Both the position numbers and the translations under genes were made by a program. The notes under the pieces are model-generated. The model did not search any database. It saw only the letters and a list, made by a program, of their open reading frames with translations, and was not told the DNA's origin. Shown piece by piece: positions 1-11,753 of a stretch of DNA of 64,000 nucleotides (positions are counted from its first letter, which is position 1; every line of letters begins with the position of its first letter). The stretch is from an uncultured Patescibacteria group bacterium (GTDB lineage: Bacteria; Patescibacteriota; Microgenomatia; UBA1400; PJMF01), in assembly GCA_905478415.1 (NCBI GenBank), contig CAJQIG010000004.1, forward strand, positions 139,523-203,522, written 5' to 3'.

Positions 1-80
1 GTCAACTGACTTAAGAGGATTAGTTCTTGGGGCTGCCATTATGGCAATAATGTCATTGTTCTAAGTTTTTTTCTGTTGTG

Positions 81-109
81 ATGCCCCCTGAAATATGGGG
101 GCATTTTTT
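81..109. terminator. GC-rich hairpin with T-tract
   Basis: atgccccc-tgaaatat-gggggcat followed by a T run, next to the stop of the 109..480 gene. Confidence 0.4.
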
Positions 110-480
110 TACCCCGTTACAATCCGAGGTGTAAAAATAAGCACAGCGCAAATAAAAGCAACAATTGCTAAAACTAAGACTGAACCAGCAGCGACATCTC
201 GAGCACGTGTGGTCACGTAGTACGCTAGATCGTTTCGATCAACCAAGATATTACAGACTTCTTCTATAGCCGTATTGACCATCTCTGCCGACCACACAGC
301 AGCAATTAATAGTAAGATAATCATCCATTCGGTTGTGGAAATTTGATAATACCAACTTGCACTGATAACTACAATAGCAGCCACCCCATGCACACGCATA
401 TTACGCTCTGTAAACCCAGCTATAATGCCATTGAAGGCATAGACAAAACCCTTGAAGAATTTTTTAATTTTTTTCAACAT
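109..480 (-). CDS. dgkA: Diacylglycerol/undecaprenol kinase family protein (DAGK_prokar)
   Basis: FxYAFNGI...ERNMRVH, AEMVNTAIEEVC and ARDVAAGSVL motifs; 3 TM segments. Confidence 0.85.
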   Translation of the reverse strand: MLKKIKKFFKGFVYAFNGIIAGFTERNMRVHGVAAIVVISASWYYQISTTEWMIILLLIAAVWSAEMVNTAIEEVCNILVDRNDLAYYVTTRARDVAAGSVLVLAIVAFICAVLIFTPRIVTG

Positions 481-506
481 ATATCCATTGTGGCACAGAA
501 AGAGCT

Positions 507-944
507 TCAGCTCAATTCTTGCTTAAGAATTATGATGTCATCCTGCGTAACTTGTGAAAGTGGTAACTCTTCTGCCTCTGCAAGAGAAAACCAACCAATT
601 TGATCACATTTTTCTGGTTCCCTATTCGTTGGGACCCCCGCTACAATTCGACATAAAAAAGTCTGAGCTACCCAGTGTTGCTCTTCTTCTGGCAGGATGT
701 GATCAACCAGGTTAAATCGTTTGATAATTGAAATGGTCACACCAAATTCTTCCATCACTTCTCTCTGTATTGCAACCTCAAGTGTTTCGTTAAACTCAAC
801 TGCTCCACCGGGAATCTCCCAGGTGCCTCGCTCATTTTTTGCCTTTTGACTTCGAAGCGCCAAAAAAACTTTATTTTCTTCATTTAAGATCAGGGCTCCA
901 ACGCCAACTCCAATACAATCTGTACCAACTCGTACCTGTTTCAT
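507..944 (-). CDS. NUDIX hydrolase
   Basis: Nudix box GGAVEFNETLEVAIQREVMEEFG; EPEKCD motif. Confidence 0.9.
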   Translation of the reverse strand: MKQVRVGTDCIGVGVGALILNEENKVFLALRSQKAKNERGTWEIPGGAVEFNETLEVAIQREVMEEFGVTISIIKRFNLVDHILPEEEQHWVAQTFLCRIVAGVPTNREPEKCDQIGWFSLAEAEELPLSQVTQDDIIILKQELS

Positions 945-1165
945 TCTGTAGTCCTTTCAAATACTTTTTCTCTAGAAGTCAGGCCAGCAACTTGACGTAA
1001 ATTATTTTTTTTGATCTTGAAATGTTTTGCTAGTTGTTCGAGTACAGCCTGATTGGCTTTACCTTTTTCTGGAGCAGCCGTTACCCAAACTTTAAATGAA
1101 TTCTCTGAAATTTTTACTATTTTTTTCTGTTTAGCTTTTGGAATCACTGTAACTGTAATAAACAT
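941..1165 (-). CDS. DUF167/YggU family protein (likely start MFITVTV at 1165)
   Basis: VIPKAK...KVWVTAAPEKGKANQAV...G.TSREK. Confidence 0.85.
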   Translation of the reverse strand: MFITVTVIPKAKQKKIVKISENSFKVWVTAAPEKGKANQAVLEQLAKHFKIKKNNLRQVAGLTSREKVFERTTE

Positions 1166-1191
1166 ATAGTTATTTATAACATGAATACAAA

Positions 1192-1219
1192 ATGGGGGCG
1201 GCGCAAGCGCCGCCCCCAT
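1192..1219. terminator. Perfect GC-rich hairpin between genes
   Basis: atgggggcggcg-caag-cgccgcccccat. Confidence 0.5.
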
Positions 1220-1235
1220 CTCCATAATCTAAAAA

Positions 1236-1943
1236 TTATAAATAAATACCCAACAACTGTAAAAATCCGAGAATTCCATGAATAACTCCGAAGATGACTG
1301 TTACCCATACAAAGTATTTATGTACAGCAGTCCAAGGCTTGTGTACCCCAGTAGCATCAAGCGGATCAGGGCCAGGACGCTGTCCCACCCAAGGTAAACG
1401 CATCTGTGCCCATGGCATTGCAAAACAAGTTCCAAAGGTTAAGACAAACAGAATGCCTAATCCAATGCCTGTCCAACCGAGGACAGAAATTCCAAGCCAG
1501 CGCAAACGAGATTCGTACCATTTTTTAGTCGGCATTTCTTTTTCAGCGACTTCTTCAGAAATCAACATTGGTTCTGCCACAGCGTCTGCAGCCTCAAACC
1601 CCTCAAGTACACCAACCTGAGTAAAGCCAGTAAAGACTTCATCGCCGTGAGGAGCCTGCTCCATATCAGCAGTTAAATCTTTTCCAGCTTGAAGCCCAAA
1701 GTGTTCTCCCAGTTTCCACAAAGCACTGTCACTGACATCGTAAACAATGCCTTGGTATGAAGTGTACGACTGAGAACCACCTTGTCCATTATACTTAGCT
1801 AACTCTTCGACAGTAAAAATCTTTTGTTGAGCCGAAGCTAAAGTACTACTCAGCACTAAAACCCCAAGAGCTAAAACGAAGCTATTAAAAATTAAGTGTA
1901 TTTTTTTAAACATAAAAACCTTAATGAGCCGCTTCCTCTTCAA
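1236..1943 (-). CDS. Membrane protein with cytochrome b5-like heme/steroid-binding domain
   Basis: FTVEELAKYNG...GIVYDVS.S.LW..G.H.GL.AG.DLT...APHG; C-terminal TM helices with His residues. Confidence 0.75.
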   Translation of the reverse strand: MKRKRLIKVFMFKKIHLIFNSFVLALGVLVLSSTLASAQQKIFTVEELAKYNGQGGSQSYTSYQGIVYDVSDSALWKLGEHFGLQAGKDLTADMEQAPHGDEVFTGFTQVGVLEGFEAADAVAEPMLISEEVAEKEMPTKKWYESRLRWLGISVLGWTGIGLGILFVLTFGTCFAMPWAQMRLPWVGQRPGPDPLDATGVHKPWTAVHKYFVWVTVIFGVIHGILGFLQLLGIYL

Positions 1944-2850
1944 CCACTGGAGCAGGATATCCGAACGGAATTAGATAGGTAATGGTCTCATGCTGATCGA
2001 GACCCAGTTGCTCAACAACGGCCACAGGATTAAAACCAGCTGTCACTACCGTTCCCAGTCCAAGGCTCTGAGCTTGCAAATAGATATTCTGACCAATGTG
2101 GCCAGCTTCTAAATCTGAAACCGATTGTGGATCATCTGGAAATTTTTCTTGCATCTTCGCAAAAGCTGTTCCAATAGCAATTACCACTGGAGCAGTCTGT
2201 GAGTTTGGTTGTACTTCGGCAGCAATTAATCTATCCCCAGCATCTGCTACACCTAGATCGGAAAGCGCATGAGTTTCTGATTCATAGCGATAAAGACCAG
2301 GTTTGACCCCATCTACATTTCTGACAATTACATATAATGTATGAGGATAGAGTCCTCGAGCAGATGGAGCCGTACGGTGACCACTGTCATCAGTAACCCC
2401 TTGTCCTGCCCACAGCATTTGAGAGACATCAGACAAACTGACAGGAGTCTCTTCAAACGTGCGAATACTTCTGCGTGAAGCTAACGCTTCTTCTACAGAA
2501 AGCTCACCTTTAGTATCTGGCTTTGGCAGTGCCACTGTGCCTACAGCAGGGATTGGTTCTGGCATAACAAAAAGCGCAGCAGCCAGTTCTTTCTCTTCCA
2601 TTGACCCAGCCACGGGAAGATTCATACCACTGGCATCACTTTTTCTCATCTCAACGACCCAAAGGGTAAAGAAAAGAGTTGATAAACCAACCATAATAAT
2701 GACTAAAAAAGAAAGTAACTCTTTTTTCATCGGCATACCGCCCTTGAGGCAAGTATCGCAGTTTTTGTCTCCACAGCACTTCTCTGTAGACTTTTTTGGA
2801 AGTACATCGACAGGTGGTGTCATCTCGACTTGGGCAGTTGGTTCAGGCAT
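1921..2850 (-). CDS. SagB/ThcOx-type nitroreductase with N-terminal membrane anchor
   Basis: SVEEALASRRSIR, RTAPSARGLYP, EAGHIGQNIYLQA motifs. Confidence 0.85.
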   Translation of the reverse strand: MPEPTAQVEMTPPVDVLPKKSTEKCCGDKNCDTCLKGGMPMKKELLSFLVIIMVGLSTLFFTLWVVEMRKSDASGMNLPVAGSMEEKELAAALFVMPEPIPAVGTVALPKPDTKGELSVEEALASRRSIRTFEETPVSLSDVSQMLWAGQGVTDDSGHRTAPSARGLYPHTLYVIVRNVDGVKPGLYRYESETHALSDLGVADAGDRLIAAEVQPNSQTAPVVIAIGTAFAKMQEKFPDDPQSVSDLEAGHIGQNIYLQAQSLGLGTVVTAGFNPVAVVEQLGLDQHETITYLIPFGYPAPVVEEEAAH

Positions 2851-2952
2851 AGTTCCTTTATACTTTTAATTACACACTAAAAGCTACTCAAAAGAGAGCT
2901 ACCTCTATTAAAGCTTCTTTACTGAATTTAGTCAAGAATAGACGCTAGTTAC

Positions 2953-4260
<1,308 letters not shown>

Positions 4261-4360
4261 TTACTATCTATGTACCATGTAACGCTAGTAGTATATACCG
4301 CCCCACAAAAAAAGGCGAACACTGAGGTCCGCCTTTTTACTAAAATGTTTTTACTTCAGA

Positions 4361-5242
4361 TTAGCTTTTCTTCTTACTAATCTGTTCTTCTAAAACGTTC
4401 CACCACTTAGTGCGGAACATGACTGCTTTTTCGATACCAGCATCAATCATTCCAAAGTATGCCTCTGGATCACCCAGAGCATCTTGGTCCAGCATTGCAA
4501 TAACTTCATAGCCAGCGCCTTTACCCTGGACCTCCTCCAACATCCGTAAAACCGTTCCGATATCATCGACCCAGAGGTCCCAATGGACTCCGGGGTCGTT
4601 TGGCCATAATGAGCATTCGAGAAAGTATCCACCCTCGGGATAGATCTGCGGATGGGACGTCCAGCCAAACCAACGCGGGTGACTTGGCTTGCTAAAGTCA
4701 TACATGCTGATACGTCGACTAACAAGTGCGGCGATTTCTGCTTCCAACCTGGCTTCATGATCCAGCTGTAGACCTATGTGGTGCAACACAGAACCATACA
4801 CCATGTGGTGAAGCAAAACTGTCGCTACCATAGCGTCTGCATTCTGGCTCCACTGTGAACAGGCCACAATATAGTAGCGCTGTACGTCTTCCATCCAGAC
4901 GGCTACTCCACCCTTGTAACCAGCTGAATGTTCATGTGGAAATGGAGTGGACTGAACTCCATCAACTTGTTGAATAGAATACAGCAATTCGGCTGCCTTA
5001 TGGCGGCCATACACAACGCCAAGTGGGTCTTCGAGCTTCTCTACAGCGCCAGCCCAGCCATGACGTTCAAACCGAACCTTTTTATTGGCATCGGCAATTA
5101 GAATCGACACATGGAGGGGAGTCCCCGAGTGTGTCATCATGGCATTAGCTAACATCAAAGCTGAGTTAACTCGTTTCTCTTCACGCAAATCATAAAACAA
5201 AGCTGCTACAGAATCCTGACTAAAACCAATTGGATGTATCAA
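4361..5242 (-). CDS. Hypothetical protein
   Basis: 293-aa ORF flanked by terminator-like hairpins; no family recognised. Confidence 0.55.
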   Translation of the reverse strand: MIHPIGFSQDSVAALFYDLREEKRVNSALMLANAMMTHSGTPLHVSILIADANKKVRFERHGWAGAVEKLEDPLGVVYGRHKAAELLYSIQQVDGVQSTPFPHEHSAGYKGGVAVWMEDVQRYYIVACSQWSQNADAMVATVLLHHMVYGSVLHHIGLQLDHEARLEAEIAALVSRRISMYDFSKPSHPRWFGWTSHPQIYPEGGYFLECSLWPNDPGVHWDLWVDDIGTVLRMLEEVQGKGAGYEVIAMLDQDALGDPEAYFGMIDAGIEKAVMFRTKWWNVLEEQISKKKS

Positions 5243-5412
5243 AAGTTTGCTCCTTCTGTGCTTTGCACAGTTTGAGAATTAAAAACATTTTATTAAAGAA
5301 AAATTGCGATACGCAGCACTAATACCGGCGTTCGCAGAGCTGCTATTCTACCCTATAACAATAAGAATGAGAAGCCCAGCAATAAAACAGGCGGACTGGG
5401 ATAAAGAAACGC

Positions 5413-5441
5413 AAAAGAGGCCGGGTTAAACCGGCCTCTTT
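5413..5441 (-). terminator. Rho-independent terminator-like hairpin
   Basis: aaaagaggccgg-ttaaa-ccggcctcttt-type inverted repeat just downstream of the 5463..6527 stop. Confidence 0.6.
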
Positions 5442-5462
5442 CAAAGTATCTGTATTTATTTT

Positions 5463-6527
5463 TTAGGGGGCATCGAAGCTGTGGCCATCAGGACCCCAAA
5501 TGTCTCCATGATCGTGGTAGTTAATATTTTGAGCCAAATGGCCACCAATAGTAACCGCCACACCCATTGGACCTGAATGCTCTGGAACCCTAAAATTAGT
5601 CACATTACAACCAGATTCAGTATCCAAAATGGTTTCATGAACCTCAATGGTCTGATCATGGCTCGTAATTTCTACGTTCCCCAGCTGGGGGTTGGTGTAC
5701 ACACTGTTTGTGTCACCAGTAGAAGGACCAATTTTGAAATAAGCATGCAACGCCGGATCATCAAACTCGCATTTGACTACAGGCATTGCTGTTCCATTGA
5801 GTACTGGCTCATCACCAACTGCATCCATTGACTGATGCGAGGCTTCAAGCCAAGCATCAAACTCAGACACCCAGGCTTCTGCCTCCTCTAGATTATTAAT
5901 TGCCCAATCAATCAGGGTTTGAATTCCACAGTCCCCTGCATTGAATCGAACAATGATATATGTTTTGTTCGCAGCTGGCCACACATAACTGTCACCAGAT
6001 CCACGAACATAATAACTCACAAAGTTATCACTTCCGTTCCTGCTAAAGACCACTGTATCATAACGATTATCAAATGCTGGCTGCCAGCTAGTGCTGGTAA
6101 AACCAGATTCGACATCCGCCCCAACCGCGTTGGAATACTCAATATTAACTGAACAAGCTGTGAGTCCAGAATTCAGAACAAACTCTGGCACACCTGGTTT
6201 GATCAAACCAACTACTGCACCTTCGTCAGGCATAGCTGTAACTACAACTGTCGGAACAACCGAGGTAGCGGTTACTTCAGGAACCATCGTTTTTGCTGGG
6301 ACTGGTGTAACTGCAACTGTTGTCGGCTCCACCAAGGGCACTTTGGTCCCCGTCGGTGCAACAGTCGCTTGCCGGACCACAACTTGTGTTGGTGTAGGCA
6401 CAGTAACTTCATCCTGACAGGAAACTAAGGTTAAGGCAATAATAAAGGTTAGAGCAATCAATAAGAGAGAAGGTCGTTTTTTCACAATTTTTCCTTTTTG
6501 AATTAGAATTTGAAAAACAATAATCAC
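5463..6527 (-). CDS. Hypothetical lipoprotein with Pro/Thr/Val-rich linker
   Basis: Signal peptide ending LVSC; PT/VT-rich N-terminal region. Confidence 0.6.
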   Translation of the reverse strand: MIIVFQILIQKGKIVKKRPSLLLIALTFIIALTLVSCQDEVTVPTPTQVVVRQATVAPTGTKVPLVEPTTVAVTPVPAKTMVPEVTATSVVPTVVVTAMPDEGAVVGLIKPGVPEFVLNSGLTACSVNIEYSNAVGADVESGFTSTSWQPAFDNRYDTVVFSRNGSDNFVSYYVRGSGDSYVWPAANKTYIIVRFNAGDCGIQTLIDWAINNLEEAEAWVSEFDAWLEASHQSMDAVGDEPVLNGTAMPVVKCEFDDPALHAYFKIGPSTGDTNSVYTNPQLGNVEITSHDQTIEVHETILDTESGCNVTNFRVPEHSGPMGVAVTIGGHLAQNINYHDHGDIWGPDGHSFDAP

Positions 6528-6751
6528 ACAACCTAAAAATCTAGGATGCGCTTGCTCCAGCTACAAAAGTAACCAAAGCAAGCACATCCACTTTTTACAG
6601 ATAATTTGTTAAAGATATTTGAATTGTTGGCAACGTTGAGGCAATCTCAACGTAAAACAAGTCAAATATATACGCATCTGGTGCGTATTAATGGCTCATT
6701 ATAACACAAAAAGTTGAATATTATAAGACGCAATGGCGACATTAATCAAGA

Positions 6752-7111
6752 TTATTTAAAATTCTCAAATTCAAGCAATAAAGCCTCAAGTTCCTCGAGT
6801 TCGCTCTCTTGCTCTTCAAAATTTTTGGCTAAATCAGCACTGACTTGAGTCGAAGAATCAGCTAAACGAACAGCTTGTCTTCGGTCATAAAAACCTGGTA
6901 AGAAAACAATACCAACTACCAATATAAAAGCAAAACCCATTGCTACCTGAGTAAACCATCTAGAAAATAGTTTGTGACCACTCTGTTTTTTTCTATCAAA
7001 TGATACCTTCAGCTCTTCCCTAAGTGCTTCTTTAAAAACCCCTCGAGGAGCTTTTGCTTCGGCAAAAAGCCAATGTTCCTGTAATGTTTTATTCATGTTT
7101 CCTCCTTTCAC
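6752..7111 (-). CDS. Single-TM protein, possible anti-sigma factor
   Basis: Overlaps the stop of the ECF sigma gene; one TM helix. Confidence 0.5.
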   Translation of the reverse strand: MKGGNMNKTLQEHWLFAEAKAPRGVFKEALREELKVSFDRKKQSGHKLFSRWFTQVAMGFAFILVVGIVFLPGFYDRRQAVRLADSSTQVSADLAKNFEEQESELEELEALLLEFENFK

Positions 7112-7704
7112 ACCTTTTTTTCCTGATTAGCAATCACCTTTTTCTTTGCTCGCAAAGCATACACTTTGACCTGATTTTCACTCAGTGACAACTGCTTAGC
7201 CACTTCTTTGACCGAGAGCTTATCGAGGTACCGCAACTCTAAAATTGTTTTCTGCAAATCTGGTAACACAGAAAGTAATGTATCCAAATACTTCGCCTTC
7301 TTTGCTTCATTTTCAGGATCAATCAAACAAATAGAATCGGGAAATTCCCAGGCCGAAAAGTCAACTTTTACTTCACAATACTTATGCTGTCGTATCCAAC
7401 GAAAAACTTTGCGTTTAGCAATGGTGTAGAGCCAATTTTTAAAACTACCTTTATTCGAGTACCTTTGAATACTTTTAACCATTTCCATCATGGTTTCTGA
7501 TGTCAGGTCCTCAGCCGTGGCTTCATCTTGGCATTGCCAATAACAAAACCGGTAGAGTGGCTCAAAAAAGTATTCGTAGAGTGCTTCCAGCGCAGCCCAA
7601 TCACCAGATTGAGCTGCCACAACCCATTGAGCAACAAGTGCTTCATTACTCTTTTTTAAGTTTCTACTTTGTTTAGACATACTAGGCATTGTACAAGCAT
7701 ACAA
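7108..7704 (-). CDS. ECF (sigma-70 group 4) RNA polymerase sigma factor
   Basis: AEDLTSET, SFKNWLYTIA (region 2); LELRY...SVKEVAKQLSLSENQVK (region 4). Confidence 0.92.
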   Translation of the reverse strand: MYACTMPSMSKQSRNLKKSNEALVAQWVVAAQSGDWAALEALYEYFFEPLYRFCYWQCQDEATAEDLTSETMMEMVKSIQRYSNKGSFKNWLYTIAKRKVFRWIRQHKYCEVKVDFSAWEFPDSICLIDPENEAKKAKYLDTLLSVLPDLQKTILELRYLDKLSVKEVAKQLSLSENQVKVYALRAKKKVIANQEKKV

Positions 7705-7727
7705 GTGACACTTGCCTCAAGTACTCG

Positions 7728-8048
7728 TTATTCAATTTCGCTGAGATCATTTGAACCTGGAGTAGCTGCCCCAAATTCAGCATCTAAGGTTGAAAGAGCA
7801 TCGAGTAACTCTGCATCGGTAGAATCTTCACTCACTTCAGGCAGTTCCTCTTCTTCGAGTACACGTCCCTGCTGTTCAAAATTCTCTGGGACAGCTTCAT
7901 CGCCCATAAAGAAACCTTTTTCTTCGGTGGTACCTTCAGTATCCTGCTGCAGCTGCTGGGATGGTGATCGTGATGATAGTATTCCCCGCATGAGTAACAT
8001 GGCTAAAATGCCACCAATAAAGATGTATGTCAGTGTCTTAGTTGTCAT
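7728..8048 (-). CDS. Small membrane-anchored acidic protein (start probably MTTKTL)
   Basis: N-terminal TM helix, acidic tail; in an operon with 8038..8652. Confidence 0.5.
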   Translation of the reverse strand: MTTKTLTYIFIGGILAMLLMRGILSSRSPSQQLQQDTEGTTEEKGFFMGDEAVPENFEQQGRVLEEEELPEVSEDSTDAELLDALSTLDAEFGAATPGSNDLSEIE

Positions 8049-8652
8049 TGGTTTCCCTTTCTGACTGCAAAAGAGCCCGTGCTGCTGGTCTGACTTCGTT
8101 CTTGTAGTACTCACGAGCATCTGCAATAGCTTGGCGTACCACAGTCAATTGTGTTCGAGCAGCTACAAGAGCCTCTTTAAAAGCCCCCTCTGATTCACCA
8201 CAAGCATGACCCTTTGTTTGATTAAGTAAATCAACCAACGTTGCATACTCACCATCTGCTACCACTATTTTTGCCTTAAACTCTGTCGTTTTTGCTTCAA
8301 GATCAGTGGTATCTTTACCTTTTTCTTGGGCTCGAGTAATAACTTTATCAATAATTTCGAGTGCCTTAGCCTCCATTCGTTGGAAGCGACTTCTATTCTC
8401 GGAATAGCGAGTTGTCCAAGTGTCGATTCTATTTGTAGCTAGAGAACAACGTTGTTCTTGAACTTCCCCACGCTGCTCCTGAAACTGTTCTCTATTTTCT
8501 TGATTTTGTTCTTTCTTTTCCTGAAATTGAGCGCGAAGACCCTCTCTTTTCTCTTGAGGTGTTTGAGCTGAAATAGTTCCAACCAGTGGTGAAAAAAGCA
8601 TTCCTCCGACAATAGCCATTACGGCCAAATTTTTACCTACTGTCATACACAT
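8038..8652 (-). CDS. Secreted coiled-coil protein
   Basis: Signal peptide; Q/E/R-rich helices; two Cys in the mature region. Confidence 0.6.
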   Translation of the reverse strand: MCMTVGKNLAVMAIVGGMLFSPLVGTISAQTPQEKREGLRAQFQEKKEQNQENREQFQEQRGEVQEQRCSLATNRIDTWTTRYSENRSRFQRMEAKALEIIDKVITRAQEKGKDTTDLEAKTTEFKAKIVVADGEYATLVDLLNQTKGHACGESEGAFKEALVAARTQLTVVRQAIADAREYYKNEVRPAARALLQSERETNDN

Positions 8653-8698
8653 TCCTTCCGTTACTTTGCATGTACCTAGTAATAGAGTGCTTGAAAGG

Positions 8699-9028
8699 TT
8701 ACAGTTGTTTGATTTTCTCGATAAAAGCCGCGATCATACCATCAAGCAGTTTTTGATAGGTAGCTAAAAGAGACATATCTTTCTTTGAAAATAACTCATC
8801 AATCGAAGCATTAAAAACCAAAATATCTTCTTTACTCTGAACACTTTCTAACTGCTGAGTGAGTTTTTCCATTGTTCCATCAGGTAACTTCGTAACGTCT
8901 ACGCCCATTTCTTCAAATGACTGTAAAAATGCAGCGCTACTAAAAGCGGCAAGAGCAATATGCAACTCTTTTTCAGAGATGTTTTTTTCCTTTGCGAGTT
9001 GAAGTAATAGTTCTGTGGTTGTATTCAT
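8699..9028 (-). CDS. Hypothetical protein
   Basis: 109-aa ORF in an operon-like arrangement. Confidence 0.5.
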   Translation of the reverse strand: MNTTTELLLQLAKEKNISEKELHIALAAFSSAAFLQSFEEMGVDVTKLPDGTMEKLTQQLESVQSKEDILVFNASIDELFSKKDMSLLATYQKLLDGMIAAFIEKIKQL

Positions 9029-9036
9029 ATTGGTAC

Positions 9037-9471
9037 CTATAAGAAACGATGCAGCATACTGAGTATTTGATTATACTTGGCGATATACGGTGCTGAGTTC
9101 AGCACAAACGATACAGTGTTCCAAACGATAACACCAGCTGCTCCACCAGCTAGCAAGCTCTTCCCCGTTGATATATTAACTATTTTAAATGAGACAAAAA
9201 AAGCTATCCCCATAGCAATGCCTGCAATATCAGGTAAATGTGCCGCCATTTCAGTCAATTTACCAAGATCAGCTTGTGAATTCATTTGAGCTAGCTCGGT
9301 AGAAGGAGCAATTACAGCTGATAACATCAATTTTTCTAAGCCTGCCCTAAACCTGGAGGGAATTACCTCAGTAGCTGCTTGTAAGGCTGGAGATAGCTCA
9401 CCTCTTTCTGGACTCTCAGGAACTTCATCTGATGGAGAAAAATTGTTTTCATTCATATAATACGGCTTCAA
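9037..9471 (-). CDS. Hypothetical membrane protein
   Basis: Two hydrophobic segments. Confidence 0.5.
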   Translation of the reverse strand: MKPYYMNENNFSPSDEVPESPERGELSPALQAATEVIPSRFRAGLEKLMLSAVIAPSTELAQMNSQADLGKLTEMAAHLPDIAGIAMGIAFFVSFKIVNISTGKSLLAGGAAGVIVWNTVSFVLNSAPYIAKYNQILSMLHRFL

Positions 9472-9572
9472 CAGGTAGTAAGTACTATCAGATTATATCT
9501 TACAGCACCTTTTTGCTAGATCAAATCTAAAAAAATTGATTTCAACATAGAACCCTTCAGCTGTAAAATGCT

Positions 9573-11753
9573 ATGATGAAAAGTATGTCATCTTCAGAAA
9601 GACTACTCCTTCCAGCTGTCGCAGAATCTCAAGTTGAAACAGAAGTATCAGTCGAAACAGTCGTAGACAACCTCAGAACTACTTGTGACACAATCTGTAC
9701 AGAACACCCTGACAACTTTCTGTTCTTCACAAAATATGGGGGCTCAATTACTCAAGAAAAATTTGAAAAAGATAAAAGAACAGACCTCGACTTGAGACTG
9801 GTCTGTTTTACTATTCCACCAATTGAAGAACAGCAAAAAATTGCCAACCGTTTGAGAGATGAAAGTGGTGGCATTCCCGTTGAGCTCTACTTTCACAGTT
9901 ATGAAAAATATATTAAAGGTGAGGTTGGAGAAACTGGAGATAAAAGTGTTTTAGAGTGCATGCGTCAAAAGCTCAATCCAGAAAGTGTAAACACTACAAT
10001 TACACATCCCTCGATGATTTCCTTGTACACATACTCGACCATGGAGTTCTTTACAAATAGGAAGGATACACTTCAGGAGTGGATTACTTCTGTGGCAGAT
10101 ACCCAGCTCAGTTGGAGCAATACTGAAAATACTACTCTTTCTGCTGAAAATATGACCGTTGAAGCGCTCAGTCCAGACGCTATTCTTGAAAAAATTAAGC
10201 TTGATAGAGAAGGTATCATTGAGTGGGTCCACCTCTACCTCAAATACTTTTTGGCTGATTATCGAGAATTCCAAGCACTCTCTAAAGAAAAACAACAAGA
10301 CCCCAACGAACTCTACCCCTATCTTAAACGAATCTCAAAGTACCTATTGCGAATCGCCTATGGTGTGGCAGTCGTCGAATCAGATTTGGAAGATATCAAG
10401 GAAAAGTACGTCCAAAATATGAAGTTTGGTCTCCATGCAGATCAGAATCACTTTGAAATGATTTCCTACGCAAACCGATCTTGGAGAAATGACTCAACAC
10501 AACAAACTCTCAATGCAGCCCTTGAACTCAGAGCATATGCTCACGAGTTCTCGATCGATCAAGCATCCCCGCTACTTCTCACACAATCGCTTCGTAAAAT
10601 TGAAAATACCATACTGTATTTAACCCAGCAATCTGGTGGTATGCTTCGTCGTGAAGAGTTTGGAGAGGTTCACGACTTCTTAACTGAAGTCTTAGTTGTC
10701 AATTTGCTCACTCCAATAATGGAAACAGATGACCTCGATACATCTCAAGGTAATCACTACGAAAGCTACGCGGAGGGTGAGACCTTGATCAGAGAAGGAG
10801 ATCACCCTGACGAGTTGCTCATCATTCCTGATCAAATGCGCAGTGGTTCTGAAAACGGTGACTATGCTGTTGTAGTTGACGGTGAAGAACTCAAGCTCAA
10901 TCGTCTAAAAGTTATCTTGGGTGAGCTTGGCATCTTACTCGGGGCTCCACGATCAACTTCTATTATTGCAAAAGGAGAGCTTGAAGCGCTTGTCGTCAAA
11001 AGCTCATTTTTAACCAGCCTTTTTACAGAACTTGGCCCTAATGGTAAAGAAACACTACTGAGATACTTTCTCAGTAGTCACATTGATGCAGAAAACTCAA
11101 CCATCAAACAAGATAATAAGTTCCTCCTAACCTTTGCTCTCTTAAACTACTTTTCAAGTGAATTCGTCCAGTACCTTTATGAACGGGTTGAATATGGATA
11201 TGCATTTTCAGAAAAAGAAGGCTCGGATACCAAAGCATCTCACATGCTCTCTTCTTACAAACTAGAGCATTTTTCTGAAACATTTTTAGAAGTGGCTAAA
11301 ACAAAAAAGATCACACTCGACTACCCCACCAACCCACCTGATTCAACTCCAAAAAAAATCTTTGAAGCTGGAAGCAATAACAACACCTATATTTATGTTG
11401 TCACTGCTTGCGAACCCAATGGAGGTGTCAAACTAACTTTTTCTGGAGACACAGACGATACACATGCTACCATACTTAAAAAGCATGCCATTTTTGGAGA
11501 ATCGTCACTGTTACCTGGTTCAAAACCCCACAACTATTCTGCGATTTTACTCCCAGGAACAAAGATAACTCGTATTAAAGCACAAGATTTTCAAAAAATG
11601 ACCATGACTACGGACATTCTCCCTTTTAGTTTTTCAGATGAATCTACTCAAGAAAAGATCATGGGAGAAATAACCGGTATCGAACTCTTTTTTCACCTCG
11701 GAGTCAGCTGTCTCGATCGATTACAACAACTGCAAGCATTACAGGTAAAGTAA
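9573..11753 (+). CDS. Putative Pol-beta-type nucleotidyltransferase fused to two cyclic-nucleotide-binding domains
   Basis: N-terminal YGGS...TDLDLR; GETLIREGD...LGELGILLGAPRSTSIIA; KIFEAGS...IFGESSLL. Confidence 0.6.
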   Translation: MMKSMSSSERLLLPAVAESQVETEVSVETVVDNLRTTCDTICTEHPDNFLFFTKYGGSITQEKFEKDKRTDLDLRLVCFTIPPIEEQQKIANRLRDESGGIPVELYFHSYEKYIKGEVGETGDKSVLECMRQKLNPESVNTTITHPSMISLYTYSTMEFFTNRKDTLQEWITSVADTQLSWSNTENTTLSAENMTVEALSPDAILEKIKLDREGIIEWVHLYLKYFLADYREFQALSKEKQQDPNELYPYLKRISKYLLRIAYGVAVVESDLEDIKEKYVQNMKFGLHADQNHFEMISYANRSWRNDSTQQTLNAALELRAYAHEFSIDQASPLLLTQSLRKIENTILYLTQQSGGMLRREEFGEVHDFLTEVLVVNLLTPIMETDDLDTSQGNHYESYAEGETLIREGDHPDELLIIPDQMRSGSENGDYAVVVDGEELKLNRLKVILGELGILLGAPRSTSIIAKGELEALVVKSSFLTSLFTELGPNGKETLLRYFLSSHIDAENSTIKQDNKFLLTFALLNYFSSEFVQYLYERVEYGYAFSEKEGSDTKASHMLSSYKLEHFSETFLEVAKTKKITLDYPTNPPDSTPKKIFEAGSNNNTYIYVVTACEPNGGVKLTFSGDTDDTHATILKKHAIFGESSLLPGSKPHNYSAILLPGTKITRIKAQDFQKMTMTTDILPFSFSDESTQEKIMGEITGIELFFHLGVSCLDRLQQLQALQVK

